From Neoconidiobolus thromboides FSU 785 (lineage: Eukaryota; Fungi; Entomophthoromycota), in contig MU626278.1 in NCBI GenBank assembly GCA_025603075.1, positions 62,001 through 126,000 of the forward strand: DNA of 64,000 bases. The letters are read 5' to 3'. The notes under the pieces were generated by a model. The model saw nothing but the letters and a program-made list of their open reading frames with translations, did not search any database and was not told the origin of the DNA. Shown in pieces: positions 51,306-64,000 of this stretch. Within the stretch, counting starts at the first letter, position 1. The number at the start of each line of letters is the position of its first letter. The translations under genes and the position numbers were made by a program.

Positions 51306-52271
51306 CTTTTTGATATTATTACAAAAAATAAAATTTGATAATTTTATTTGGATGCTGAAATTTGCAACTTTAGGTTCTATCTTTTTGCAGTTCTTTGTTG
51401 AAAAACATTTCTAGAATCTGTTGCATTCAGATGCTTTTGTTATTTTTTTTAATTTAATATAAATTACTTTTGCAGTAAGATTATGATATTATTTAACGTG
51501 TTAGGCTTTAGATTCAATATAAAAGAGTTTGGTAGCAAATTAAGAGGGAATAAAAGCATCTAAATGCAATCAGTTTTAACATATCCTTTACTTTTGCATA
51601 AAATTTAAAGCTAATTTAATTTAATATATTAATTAATATTTTAATGTTAGCCTTGTTAATTTTTTCAATATCAATATAAAAGCACATTTAAATATGAAAC
51701 TATTACTTAAATATATAAAATATTAAATTATTAATCCAAGCAATTGTTGGCAACTAATTAGTTAAATTAATAGATAACCAAACAAACGTTTAAAATTCAT
51801 TAAGTAAAATTTAGCAGGTATTGGGGTTGCAACTTTTTTGCTTTTTTAGCGGAAATTTTTATAATTAAATTATTTATATTTATTTTTTTAAACCTTGATT
51901 CTTATCAATATCTAGTTTCAATCCAAATTTATTTCTTAAATAAATAAATAAGTAAGTCGTAAAAGAATTACAACAGCTAGGTATTTTTTGAAAAAAATTC
52001 TATTTATAGTTCAATTTAAGAACAAAAATTCAAAATTCACTTAAATTTCGATGAAATAAGCAACGTTCCCAATATTAAGACATAATAATTTATTATCCAC
52101 TGTCTTAGAACTTAATTTGATTGGCTATAAAAGCTATGAGCACCACTGGACACTGGAGAAATGATATATTTTGTTAAAAGAATATATTAACTAATACTTA
52201 AAATTAATGAATTAATAACTCCATTTTCTATTTTCAATAACTTAATCTCATTAATAAATACCATAAAAAAA

Positions 52272-54230
52272 ATGCAACTACTATCCATCTATCTAATAAT
52301 ATTAACTTATGTTACATTGCTGTATCAATCGGCCATCACATTAAACAGTAAGCGAGTGGATGCCTGTAGTAATAATGAAGTGAATGTGGTTGATTTATAT
52401 TCCATGAAAGTAACTATAGACACAGCTGAAAAAAGTATAAGCTTTGCTGTTTCTGGTAAAGCAAATCAAGTAGTTGAATCGGGTAAAGTAAAACTAAGTT
52501 TTTCTTTATTTGATAAAGATTTATTCAATATGGATTTGGATGTTTGTAAGTTAGCGGCGGATAAAGGTGGTTGTCCATTGAAACAAGCGCCTTTTTCAAA
52601 TTCAGTAACTACTCCAATACCTGGCGAGATCCCGGATGTAGCTGATATATTAGCTCGTGTACCTGGTGTGGATTTAAATGTAGCTGTAAGGTTAGAAAAT
52701 GCTGATGGTAATCCATTAGGTTGTTATGCCGTTGGCTTAGCTAATGATGTCTCAGTTTATACACGTGGTACTGAAGCAGGTACAGTAGTAGTAGCTTCAG
52801 CAGCTGCAGGTGGGGCATTTTTAGCTTCTTTAGGTAGTTTTATTGGTACTGCTGGAGGTGCAGCTGCTGGGTCAGCTTTATCTCAAGCTCGACCAACAAC
52901 AACAACACCTAACTTTGGGGATGTTATTGGTACATTTCAATTTTTAGCTACCACTGGTATGTTATCTTTAAATTATCCAAGAGTCTATCATGAGTTTACT
53001 TGTAATTTTGGTTGGTCGATGGGTGCTATTCGATTAGGACCTATTGAAAAAGCATTAGAAAGCTTTCGTGGAAATGATAATGTATCAAGAGAAAGTGGTA
53101 AACTGTTAAGAAGATTAGATTTATTACCTAATGCTAATGCTACTAATTATTCCCAATTATCTGGTATTGAAAATTATGCAGCTAAATTGAAAATTGATCC
53201 TAAAAATTATTTTATGACTGTATTGATTATTTATATGATTGTTATGGCTGCACTTACTGGTGCTTGTTTATTATTTCGATTGATATTAGAAATTTTATCC
53301 AAATATAAGCCCAAATTGTTTACCAATTTACGTAATCACTTTGCTTTATATTATGTGGGCAATTTATTAAGAGTATTTGTATTATGTTATTTCTTTTTAG
53401 CAACTGCAGCTATATATCAATTTACACAAAATGATATTTGGCCCATTACTTTATTAGCTGCAATTGTACTTGGTTTATTTTGTATAGCTTTAATTAGTTT
53501 TGTTACTTTTAGAGTCATTCGAAATGGTGCTGACAAATTATATTCTTTCCCCAATTTACAATACAAATATGGTTCATTATATATTGACTATAGACCTTCC
53601 GTTTATACTTTCTTTATCGTTGTCTTAGTTGCTGCTGTTATACGTGCTATTGCTGTTGGTTTATTATCGAAAAATGTATGGGCTCAAATGAGTATTTTGA
53701 TTGTTACAGAAATTATGTTCTTTTTTGCTTTATTTTTCTTTCGACCTTATGCTAGTAAGGCAAGTAATGGGTTGATGATCTTTGTATCAGTAATGAGGGT
53801 GATTAATACTGGATTATTATTTGCTTTTATTGAATCTGTGTTTATATCAGAATTAGCCAGAGCCATTATTGGCTATGCCTTAGTGATTACTCAAGCGCTT
53901 ATAATAGCAGCAATAGTTATCTTTACACTATGGTCTTTATTTATTACCATTCGTAAATTTGTTCAACAACATAAACAAAGTAAACAAGAATTAAGTCGAT
54001 CAGATTCCAACCGTTCAAGTCATCCACTTAACAGAGATAGTAATATATCTAGATCACAAAGCTTTTTAGAAGAAATTGAAGATTCTAAACCACCTTCAAT
54101 TTTCCGTTCTCGTTCTAAAGCTTTTGAAGATCATGAAAAAGGGCTTTATACTCCGCCTACTGAAAATGAAAGCCATGATTTAGATCATTTAGTTACTACT
54201 CCGGATCAAACAAAAGCTAAAGTTTATTAA
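52272..54230 (+). CDS. FLC/Pkd2-family TRP-like membrane protein (ML-like luminal domain + multi-TM)
   Basis: Signal peptide, ML domain (DLFNMDLDVC...GCP...GCY), DVIGTFQFLATTGMLSLNYPRVYHEFTCNFGWSMG, KYGSLYIDYR, FRPY. Intronless. Confidence 0.9.
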   Translation: MQLLSIYLIILTYVTLLYQSAITLNSKRVDACSNNEVNVVDLYSMKVTIDTAEKSISFAVSGKANQVVESGKVKLSFSLFDKDLFNMDLDVCKLAADKGGCPLKQAPFSNSVTTPIPGEIPDVADILARVPGVDLNVAVRLENADGNPLGCYAVGLANDVSVYTRGTEAGTVVVASAAAGGAFLASLGSFIGTAGGAAAGSALSQARPTTTTPNFGDVIGTFQFLATTGMLSLNYPRVYHEFTCNFGWSMGAIRLGPIEKALESFRGNDNVSRESGKLLRRLDLLPNANATNYSQLSGIENYAAKLKIDPKNYFMTVLIIYMIVMAALTGACLLFRLILEILSKYKPKLFTNLRNHFALYYVGNLLRVFVLCYFFLATAAIYQFTQNDIWPITLLAAIVLGLFCIALISFVTFRVIRNGADKLYSFPNLQYKYGSLYIDYRPSVYTFFIVVLVAAVIRAIAVGLLSKNVWAQMSILIVTEIMFFFALFFFRPYASKASNGLMIFVSVMRVINTGLLFAFIESVFISELARAIIGYALVITQALIIAAIVIFTLWSLFITIRKFVQQHKQSKQELSRSDSNRSSHPLNRDSNISRSQSFLEEIEDSKPPSIFRSRSKAFEDHEKGLYTPPTENESHDLDHLVTTPDQTKAKVY

Positions 54231-54567
54231 ATTAAAAAATAACAACTCTTTTGGATTTGGTTCATCTCTTAATAAACTTGATGTTATTTTTATAATTTCT
54301 ATAGTTTTTATAATTTTTATTATTACTAATTTCGAGAACTTTTATTAATTTTTTAACAATTTTAGCTCTTGCTTATAAATCTATAATAATACAATGACAC
54401 TAATTTTTAATTACCCACATTCCACCAATAAAGTTTTATTTTCGGTAAAACACCTCAGCTATGAATAAAAGCTAAAAAGATGAATATAAAAAGCTAATAA
54501 ACTTTTAATTTAATTTTTTTAATTACAATAAAAAAACATAATTAACATAATATAATATAAATATAAA

Positions 54568-55398
54568 ATGAGTGTTTCAAGTGATCCAACAATTAATCGT
54601 AAACCGCAAGAAGATAACTTAGTTATATCTCCTCCATTTCCAAAGTTATTAAAAAATACCGTAGTTAAAGGCTTTGGTAGAGGTAGTAAAGAATTAGGGA
54701 TACCTACTGGTAAGTTATTTATTATATATTATTATTAAAACTAAATATGATAATAAAATCCTTTCAAGTATAGAATCAATCTAATTAATTAAATCAATAA
54801 AACTAATTATTTTTCTCTTTCTTTTTATTAGCAAATTATCCCCAAGATTATGTAGATAGTGCCTCCCTTGATGAATTGAGTCCTGGTATTTATTATGGGT
54901 ATTCAAAAGTGTATTCCAATCAAGATGATAATGAAAAACAAACTGGGGAAGATGAGATATTACCTATGGTAATGTCTTTAGGTTATAATCCATTTTATAA
55001 AAATGAAAAACTATCAGCGGTAAGTTTTTTTAAATTGATCTAGTTGCTAGTATGTTAAAATCATAGTATGACTATTTTTATTAAATGTTTTCACTTAGTA
55101 TATTTTTATTTAGCTAATATTTATATTAACATTTCATTTTCAATAGGAAGTTCATGTATTACATTCTTTTGAAAAAGATTTTTATGGTCAACAAATGACT
55201 ACATTGGTACTTGGTTATATAAGACCAGAAAGGAGTTATGATGGTTTAGGTAAATTTATTAATAATTATAAAACCTTTTCTTATTCTTTTCTTTTAGATG
55301 CTTTAATCCAAGATATTCAGTTTGATATAACTTTTGCTAAAAAAAGTTTATTATTAGAATCTTATAAAAAAGAGCATTTTTTAACTTATTTCGAATAA
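54568..55398 (+). CDS. FMN1: Riboflavin kinase
   Basis: [67 protein letters not shown]. Three to four introns. Confidence 0.96.
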
Positions 55399-55565
55399 AA
55401 AAGTAAGAAGTAAAAAATTTTAGATGTTTTTCTCTTTTAAATAATGTTTATTTTTTTTACACAGTATCAAGATTCTTATACAATAATAAACTAGCCTTTC
55501 ATTTATACACAATATGACCTAAAAACTTTATCACTTATTCATAATAAATTTTCATCCTTCATCCT

Positions 55566-56020
55566 TCATCCTAAATTACTCCCAAACCACTTTCTTTTTG
55601 CTCCAATTTTTCCCTTGGCTTTTCTTCCCATGCGCAATACTAACCACACCATCATTTTCAATCTCTTGAATATAACTATTATAGGCTTTTTCGCTCAAAA
55701 AAGCAGCTTTAAATGTTTGTGGCATAGTGGCCGAAAATCCATTTAATACCAGATCATAAACATGGTCAATGGTACCACCAGAGCAAATGATTTCTTTTTT
55801 GGCTGACTCAATGACGGAAGTGGGGGTATTAGATTTGAAGCTAAAGATATAACTACTGTATATTGGTTTTGGATCTATATTGGAAGGGTTAATTTACTTA
55901 ATTAATTCAAAGCATATAAGAATTACCTGATAATGTTAATAATAGTTCATTACAATCATTGTTTTTATTCGCTTTTATCAAACTGATAAGTAATGGTAAT
56001 AATAATTGATTTGGTTGCAT
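55566..56020 (-). CDS. Standalone peptidase inhibitor I9 (subtilisin-propeptide-like / POIA-type)
   Basis: Main exon reads DPKPIYSSYIFSFKSNTPTSVIESAKKEIICSGGTIDHVYDLVLNGFSATMP...YIQEIENDGVVSI then a basic tail to TGA at 55566. The I9 pattern is YIxxF...GGxIxHxY.xGFS...IExDxxV. Start exon ambiguous; not in the ORF track. Confidence 0.75.
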
Positions 56021-56453
56021 TCTTTATTGATTTCTTTTATTTTAACTATTAATCTTCTTTAAATACTAACTTTAATCCTAAACTGAAAAAATAAAATAAC
56101 TTAAAAAACTTAAAATTTCCAAGCTTTTATTTTATCTTATAAAAAATCATCTGTTTAACTATGCCACTAAAACTTAATGCTTATCAATTACCATTTTTTC
56201 ATTGGTTATTTGAAATTTAACTGATATTGAATTTTTTAAACTTAGTTTATAACTATTATTACATCATCCGATTTCAAATTAATCCCTGTAACACCAAAAA
56301 ACATCATTTCAATATTTCAACTAACAAAAATAAATTTTCCAATTTAATTATCTTAATTCAAAAACCTTAAATACAATTTAATTCCTTGCATACTACCAAT
56401 AAACTAAAAATATTATCATATCCTTTAGCTTTTATTCATTGGTTCTATATCTT

Positions 56454-59299
56454 TCATAAATCCAAAAAAGTAAACGAAAGATTTTCATCTTCACTTTCTT
56501 CATGTTCTAATTCTTTAGGAAATGGGGAAACATTAGGTATTAAAGGATGGAATTTTTTAATATCGATAGTATCATCTATAAATTTTGCTTTTCTTTTTGG
56601 ATTCTTTCTTTTGCTTTGAATACTACTTGAAGACGAAATCGATGTATTTGTTTCTCGAAAATGATCTTGATTTCTGGCTTCTTCTTGTTGTTTATTGTTG
56701 ATTTCAATTTCTTCCAAATCACTACTAAAATCACTATCTAATGTTAATCTCTTTCTCGATTCTTGTGCTTTTGATTGTTGAATTTGTAACATTAATTCTT
56801 CCATTTCATTTTCAAATTGAATTTCATCAACATTATTAAATTCTACTTGTTTTTTGTTGGCATTAACTTGTTTCTTTCTTTTTAATATTATCTCTCCTTC
56901 TTCTTCTTTAGTTTCTACACTTTCATGTAATCTTTTATTATCTTGATTAAAACTTAATCTATTTTTAATAATAGCGTTATTATTATTATTCAGTATTTCA
57001 TTATCAATATTATTGCTTAATTGGTTTTCAATAACTGGACTCTCGTTTTCTCTTTCTATAAGTTCTCGTTGAGCATCAGAACTTAACTGATTGTCAATAG
57101 CGGTATTATTCATTCTCTTTTTCTCACTAATTTCTTGTGGATTAATTAAAGTTTCCATTTCATTATCAAATATATCATCTATTACATTTTCTCTTTCTCT
57201 ATCTTTACTAACTAAATCTAAAAGTTGTTGATGTTGAGGAATAATAGATTTCTTAGTAATAATTATTGGAGTATCTGGATATAATCCTAACTTTAAATGG
57301 TGAGTTAAATTATTCATTAAATTCTTTAATCTTTTTTGTTTAACTTTCATAATGTCTAATTCTAACTCATTATACATAGCAGGCTCTAATATTTGTTTTA
57401 AATTATTCATTGGTACTTTAAATGATAATATCATTTTAATTAATGTTAGTTTTAACTTAGATTGTAAGGGGGAATAATTAGATTGTAAATAAGATTGAAA
57501 TTGAATTAATAAAGGAATGATATTTTCTATTATATTTTTAATATTAATTTGGTTAATTAATTTGATATTTTCTTTTTCTTTTTCTTCATCTCCATCTAAA
57601 TCATTATTAAAATTGTCTTGTTGATTATTACTAATAGTAAAATGAACTATAATTTCATTGGAACTTAATATATGTAAAGCATCTTCAATAATACGATTTA
57701 ATTTATTATCCTTTAAATCTAATTCCGATTGCATTATTGGTAAAAATAATTTATTACAAATCAAATTACTTACAATAAATTTTTCTCCTTCTTTAAAATA
57801 TTGAAGTACAAAACAATAACATTTATGTCTTAATCTTCTATGAACTGGATTTTCATTATCATTTAGTACAAATAATTGATTTTCTAAATTACTCAATGTA
57901 GATTCAAATTTCCCATTTAAAAACATAATTAAATCTAATAAATGATTTAAAAACAAATTAGGATCCTTAATTAATAATACTTGTTCAAATCCGAATTCAT
58001 AAACTTCTTTAATTTCTTTTTCTTTTTCCATTATATAACTAACTATCATTTTAAATAATAAATATTTTTTAAATTTTAAATAATCCATTCTTAATAATCT
58101 AATTAAACAAATTAATGTATGTTTCCTTACATTCAAATCAAAATGTCTTAAATTATTCACCATGATAGGTATATATGGATCTATGATTCTTGAATATCTT
58201 AAACATAAATCAGATAATATAACTACAATACTACAACTTAAAGAGACATTATTATTATTAGCCTGTACTCTATAAACTCCTTGATTATCTAATTGAACCC
58301 AACTATCTTCAATTGTCATTTCTTTAGCTAATATTGGTGCTAAATGAGCTGTGTATTCTTCTTCAATTAAAGCCAATTTACCCAATGAAATGAATATATT
58401 ATTTCTTACTTGTTCACTTAATAAATATTGTTTAGGCTCAATTACTTTTAATGTTCCTACTAAGATTAATAGACAATCAAATATCTCATCTAATTGATTA
58501 TTATTAGGATAAATCATTAATATTTGTCCAATTAATTCAATCTTATAATTAATTTCACCTTCATTGGTTGATTCCTGTTGTTGTTGTTGTTGTTGATTAT
58601 TACTAATAAATTGATAAAAGGTATTGACACATTGTTGAATTATTGTATTGAGGTATTTAAAATAATCCGTATCTTCACTCAACCAATCATATTGAATTAA
58701 TTTCCATTTATCTAATAGTTGTAAACTAATTGGAACCCAATTTAACGGTAATTGAAATTTCAATAAATTCTTTGTTAAATAAATTAAAATCTCATTATTA
58801 TTAGGTTGATGAATCCAATTATAAATTAAAATTAATATTTGATTTCCTATTATTAATTGTTCTTCTTCATTAATATTCAATTTAATTAATTCATTGAATA
58901 AAGAATTGTAATATACATCTATTAAATCTTCATTTAATTTCCAATATAAAGAATATAATTTCATAAACTGTCCATAACCTAAATCTATTATTAATCGATC
59001 ATTATACTTTTCTAATATTGAAAAAAAAGCTTCATTAAATATTGAGTTTGTTTGATCTGGTTTAGCTACTTTACTGTTATTACAATCATTAATAAATTTA
59101 GCTAATCCTTTAAAACTCAACCCTTCGAATTCTTTTTTAAATAAATTCAAATATAATAAAACATCCATATAATTGACTAATAATTTCTGTGATAAATTTA
59201 ATACTTCAATACTAATACTTTTATCTGTATCAAATATTCCAATTAGTACCTTCTCTTTCCATAATTGAAATAATATCTTAATAAATTCCATTTCATTTA

Positions 59300-59333
<34 letters not shown>

Positions 59334-61376
59334 TTCATTAATTTGCTTAAAATTAATTAATTTTTGTATTAATAAATCCACTACAATATAAATACATTGT
59401 TTTCGAATACGAAAATTATTGTCTTTACATCTTATTTCAATAATATTTAAAAATTCTAATTTATATTCTCTAATTAATTGAGTATCTAATCCAAATTCTT
59501 TTGTTAGTTCTAAATTAAACAATTGATTTAAATCTAATAAATTATTAATTGCCTGTTTACGAACTAAATAAGGTTCCCGTTGAGTTAATGTTTGTAATGA
59601 ATTAAATTGATTTTCAATAATAACAAATTGTAATACTTTTTTAATGACCATTGTTAATAATGAATTCTCTTCATTTTCATTCTTTTTTTTTAATTGATTT
59701 TTTAATATACTTAAAAACTTGTTAAAATTAGTTAATGCTTTGACTTGAACTTGAATTGAAGCATCTGAAAATCTTAAAGCAATAGATTCAAGTAAATTGA
59801 TAATTAAATCAACTTTAGTAATTAAATTATAATTTAAAAGCTTACTAAATTCATCTTGTAATTTACTATCAAAAATAATTTGTAGCCAATTAAAATAAAT
59901 TTCCAAAGTTAAACTACGTACTTTAGGTTGACTCGCTCTTAAACTATCTTTAAATAAATTTTCAATTATATATTGACTTAATTTAGGTTCCATGGAATTT
60001 AATATTAATGCTATATTCTATAATATTAATTCTATTAATAAAAAAATAATTAATTAATATTTTTTATACCTTAGCCAACCCATGTTTAACATCCGCTAAG
60101 TCCATAAACTCGGTAATTATATGTTTTAAGAACAATTTTAAATCGGAGAAAGATAATCGATGATAATTAATAATTTCTTGCATAAATTTAGTGGCTCTAT
60201 AACTTCTAATTTTAAATTGAGCTTTGGAATTTAATTCATTGGGATTGAATAATGTTGTTAAATTAAAATGAATCCATTTCATACATATCATGAAATTATC
60301 TATAAAGAGCCATTCTTCATTTTTTAATATTTTTAATTGTAATTCATAACTAAATTCTACTATTGGAACTTCAGGTTCTATACTATTAAAGTTAAACATT
60401 TAAATAAATTGAATGTTATTAATTTCAAAAAATTCTTACTTTGGTACTTCCAAACTACAATAACATCCTAATAACTCCAAATATTCATTAATAAGCTTAT
60501 TTAGTGGCTTTATTTTTTCGATTGTATAATAGCATAATAAACTTAAATTTAAAATATATTGTATTAAATTTGGAATTTCTTCTTTTGGAATATCATTATC
60601 AATAAATTCCTCATTATTTTCAATATCTTCAGTTTTCAATGTAGTCAATGGACTGATAGTAAATTGTTTATTACAATTAATAATTTTTTCATATAACTGT
60701 TTTAATAATTTAATAATATATATAAATTTTTCTGGATTAATGATTCGATTTTCTATTGCATCTATATTTCAATTAAAAAAATAAAATTTAAAACTTTAGA
60801 ATAATAAATGAACTTACCAGGCAACAAACTGGCAAATGAATAAGCTTCTATAACTAACAAACATTTTTTAATATTTTCAAAACTCAATTTTGTACAATGG
60901 TGATAACCAATAAATAATAACTTCCATAACCTTTTATAAACCTTAAAGATATTGATAACTTCATCTCCTTGTTTTATATTGACTTTAAATATGCTTAAAT
61001 TTTTATGAAGGTTAGTATTGATTAAATTATAATAACAAATGGTTGAAGTTATCTTATCTAAAAATGAACTATTTATTAAATCCATTTCTTCAATATCAAT
61101 ACCTCCATATTCACTAAAACTTAAACTTTGCGATTGATCTTGCGATTGATTTTGACTATTTCCATTGCTCATCAAAGTTGAATTGGTTCTAGAAACATTT
61201 GAAATAATCTCCTCTTGTGTGGAAAAAAAATAGTTTTCAAGTTCTAATAAATTAACAAATGCTTCTTTGACTGCTAAGCCTTCTTGGTAATTATATGTCG
61301 TCTCAAAATCAATTGAGAACAAATTTAAATCTTCTCGATTTTTATAAAGTGGTTGAAGTGGAATCGGTATCCTCAT
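56454..61376 (-). CDS. NCAPD3: Condensin II HEAT subunit CAP-D3
   Basis: Cnd1-domain segment ISLGKLAL...VILSDLCLRYSRIIDPYIP...VRKHTLICLIRLLRMDYLKFKKYLLFKMIVS...PNLFLNHLLDLIMFLN...CYCFVLQYFKEGEKFIVSNLIC follows the CAP-D3 pattern (KWKGSLFFRFV...PxMFFQHFIECIFHFN...IYKFLLEHFTDEQRF) rather than CAP-D2/Ycs4. Three upstream exons from ATG 61376. Confidence 0.8.
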
Positions 61377-62103
61377 AGGCTGGATCAAAAGTAGTAGTGA
61401 TATTTAAATTAAAAGTTAAAAATTTGAAATTTGAAATTCAATGAATGGTGATTTATGAAGTTGAATTCCAAGTTGATTGGCTTAAATTAAAATTTAAACT
61501 ATTTTTAAAAATTTTAGTCACTTTTTAACTGAGAATTTAAAAATTCTAGTAGTAATTTTTCAACAAATAGACTTATTAAATTAGTATATAAATACTCTTA
61601 TTTCTATTAAAGAATTTTTTAACATTTGAATAATACAAACAAATTGCCATTTAAATAAAAAAATAAATATGTCTAAATAGCATGTGGCATATTGTTACAA
61701 AATTTCTTTTATTATTAAAACTTTGAATATAAAACATAATTATAATTGATTTCTATTTTCTATTACTAGGTTAAAATAGAATAATTTATTATGATTTAAC
61801 AATCAACTTATATAAAACTGTCTCATACTAACAACTAAAAAATAGTTAGGTATAAGGAATTCGAAATATGTTTAAAACAATGAAATCAACTAAAAGTTAC
61901 CAAAGCAAACCATAACAAAAACAAAGTACTATAGAAAACGAATATTACATATTAAACATAAAAGCTTTATTGAAAACGTTGACAAATAACAAAAAGATAA
62001 ACTAACCGTTAGTTTAGAAAACATTTAACTTACTTAGCTTGAAATTTAAAATTAATTAGAACTTTACTTGAAGTTAATAATATATTTTGATTTCTAATCT
62101 AAT

Positions 62104-63342
62104 TTAATCATCGTCATCTCTAACATCATCTAACACGGGTCGTGTTGCTGCTTTATAAATCTTTACAAAATAATTTTTAACTAAAATTTAATATATTAAA
62201 ATAATATTTACCATATAAATCCAAATATAATTAAATACAGCCAAAATGCTTAAACAAGCGAGACATTCATAGGTAGTAGCAGGACGAGTGCCATCTGGGT
62301 AATAACAATGTTCACTAAAAAAATTAATTTAAAAACCTATTCATAATTAAAATAAAAAATAAACTACATGATTCCACCAATGACATAAACTGGGAATATA
62401 ACACCTCGAAGTATAACAAAGGTTAAAGCAAAGATTGCAAAACAAACATCCCTTATCTATATATAAAAATAAAAGGCGAATCAATGGATTGATATTAGAG
62501 AACAAATTAAAGTTACTTTCTGCTTATTTAAGTAATTCATAAGCTTAGCTAACTCCATCCAAGGATCACAAATGTCATGTGTAAGCATGACTACTTCCCC
62601 AATACGAGTGAGATTAAAAAAATAGGAGCATGAAATTAGAGTCAACGTAATTAAATGATGGGATAACATCATCAAATAATCTTTTTGTTTTTTCTCTGAG
62701 TTGATAGATAGTAATTGAAATAGATAAACACCAGCATCAATTAAATAATGGTATCTATTGATGTTACTATTTTCAAAAAAATAAAGTTATTTAACTAATT
62801 AAGATAATACTTATAAAATTACCTTAACTTAACGTTTGGGTATTCTTTAAACCATAAACTGGAATCAAAAAACCAGTCACTATATAAGGCTGAAAGAACC
62901 CCTGGAATACAAATAATTACTTTTTAAAAATTCATTAATTCACGTTAAAGAATGAAGTTAAATAAGTTTACTATACATATAAATCCTAAACGCGGTGGAC
63001 CTAAACTTTAATGATTTCTCTTTTGCTTTTCTAAAGAAAAAAAAGTAATTTTAATAATTAAACAGTCATTGTTTTAAGACTTACTCTAAAGTTGTTTTAT
63101 CTTCCTTTTCATTTTTACCACCACTATCCTTGAGTCCTCGGATAAAATACTCTTGACAAAAGGGCTATAATTTAATATTCAATCTACAACCTAAAAAGTC
63201 TCAAAAAAACAAGACCTACTTCTAAAATCCAATGTTCCAAAACCACTTTACTACAAAGTAGGAATAAAGCAACCAAACTTACAGCAATTATGTCCCACTT
63301 CAAACTTAACTCTGGATGCACTTGATACACTATAAATTCCAT
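62104..63342 (-). CDS. LAG1: Ceramide synthase (Lag1/Lac1, TLC domain), multi-intron
   Basis: Lag1 motif MLSHHLITLTLISCSYFFNLTRIGEVVMLTHDICDPWMELAK. C-terminal DDVRDDDD-stop. ATG at 63342 (MEFIVYQVHPELSLKWD). Confidence 0.92.
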
Positions 63343-64000
63343 TTCCTTTTTTTTAAAAAAAATTGTTTCTCCACTCTTTTTGAACTTTGCTATTTAATTA
63401 GCCCAATAAACCAATCAGATCTCGATCTCAACTATGCTATTCGCTTTTTATTCCTGATCATTTGAAATACTAGTTTTTTAGTAAAGAACTTTTGGGGTTT
63501 TATTTATAATCAGAACCTTTGGTGAAAAAATAGAAAGTTTATTACGAAAGGTTAAAAGAGTTTGATATTTTTAGGGTTAGCTTTTATGTAAATCTCATAT
63601 TAAAAAGATTATCATAGAATTCATGTTCGAAGCTCGAGTTAATTAAAGTACAAGATAGTAAAGTAATAAAAAAAAACAAGTTTTGAAATATGGAACACAA
63701 TTTTTGATTTCTCAGAATCCTTTTATGGACAAGTAGTAGATTTATTAGGTTGATTATGAAACAAATTTACAATCTAAAATTTTATAAAGGGTTCAATTCA
63801 AGAACCGATTCCACCAACAAGTAAAATTGATTTTATAACTAATTTTAATCTAAAGACAGCATAATAAGAAATTTCAATCTTTGTAACATAATAAAGTGAA
63901 TTATATCTTTTATTGGCATGCTTTATTATTTGGAAAAAAAATTCGAAAGATTGTAAGATTAAAGCTAAATGATTGCGCAGCTCCATTTTATTGTTGAAAT

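Noticed and set aside
51581-51590. ATATCCTTT, the U12 AT-AC 5' splice consensus
   Set aside because: Intergenic, and no TCCTTAAC-type branch site with AC acceptor is seen downstream. Every coding intron I checked is GT-AG.
1-64000. tRNA, rRNA, CRISPR arrays, autonomous transposase or gag-pol
   Set aside because: No T-loop/cloverleaf, rRNA-like sequence, regularly spaced direct repeats, or DDE/RT motifs were recognised on either strand.

Overview
Very AT-rich, intron-rich eukaryotic DNA. The gene content and the short GT-AG introns with CTAAY-type branch points indicate a fungus, probably an early-diverging lineage (Zoopagomycota/Conidiobolus-like; this is inference). About 21 protein genes can be read: secreted kelch protein, proteasome alpha6, MRNIP, an OCIA-like membrane protein, a possible Cnl2/Nkp2, RRN3, VPS15, EB1, seipin, a Sec7-PH ARF-GEF, MetRS, NST1, RACK1, a Reeler protein, a PPR protein, RRP7, an FLC/TRP channel, riboflavin kinase, a standalone I9 inhibitor, condensin II CAP-D3 and a ceramide synthase. 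A Zn2Cys6 transcription factor is probably decayed. Several features are not visible in the ORF track. (1) Ten copies of a ~95-100 bp MITE with GRG-starting TIRs and 4-bp target duplications, a Sola-like signature. (2) Three full copies and one decayed copy of a ~460 bp TG...CA solo-LTR-like element. (3) A U24-type box C/D snoRNA in a RACK1 intron, with a diverged second guide. (4) Genes normally lost in yeasts/Dikarya (condensin II D3, MRNIP). (5) An FLC-family gene sitting next to riboflavin kinase. No tRNA, rRNA or CRISPR array was seen.
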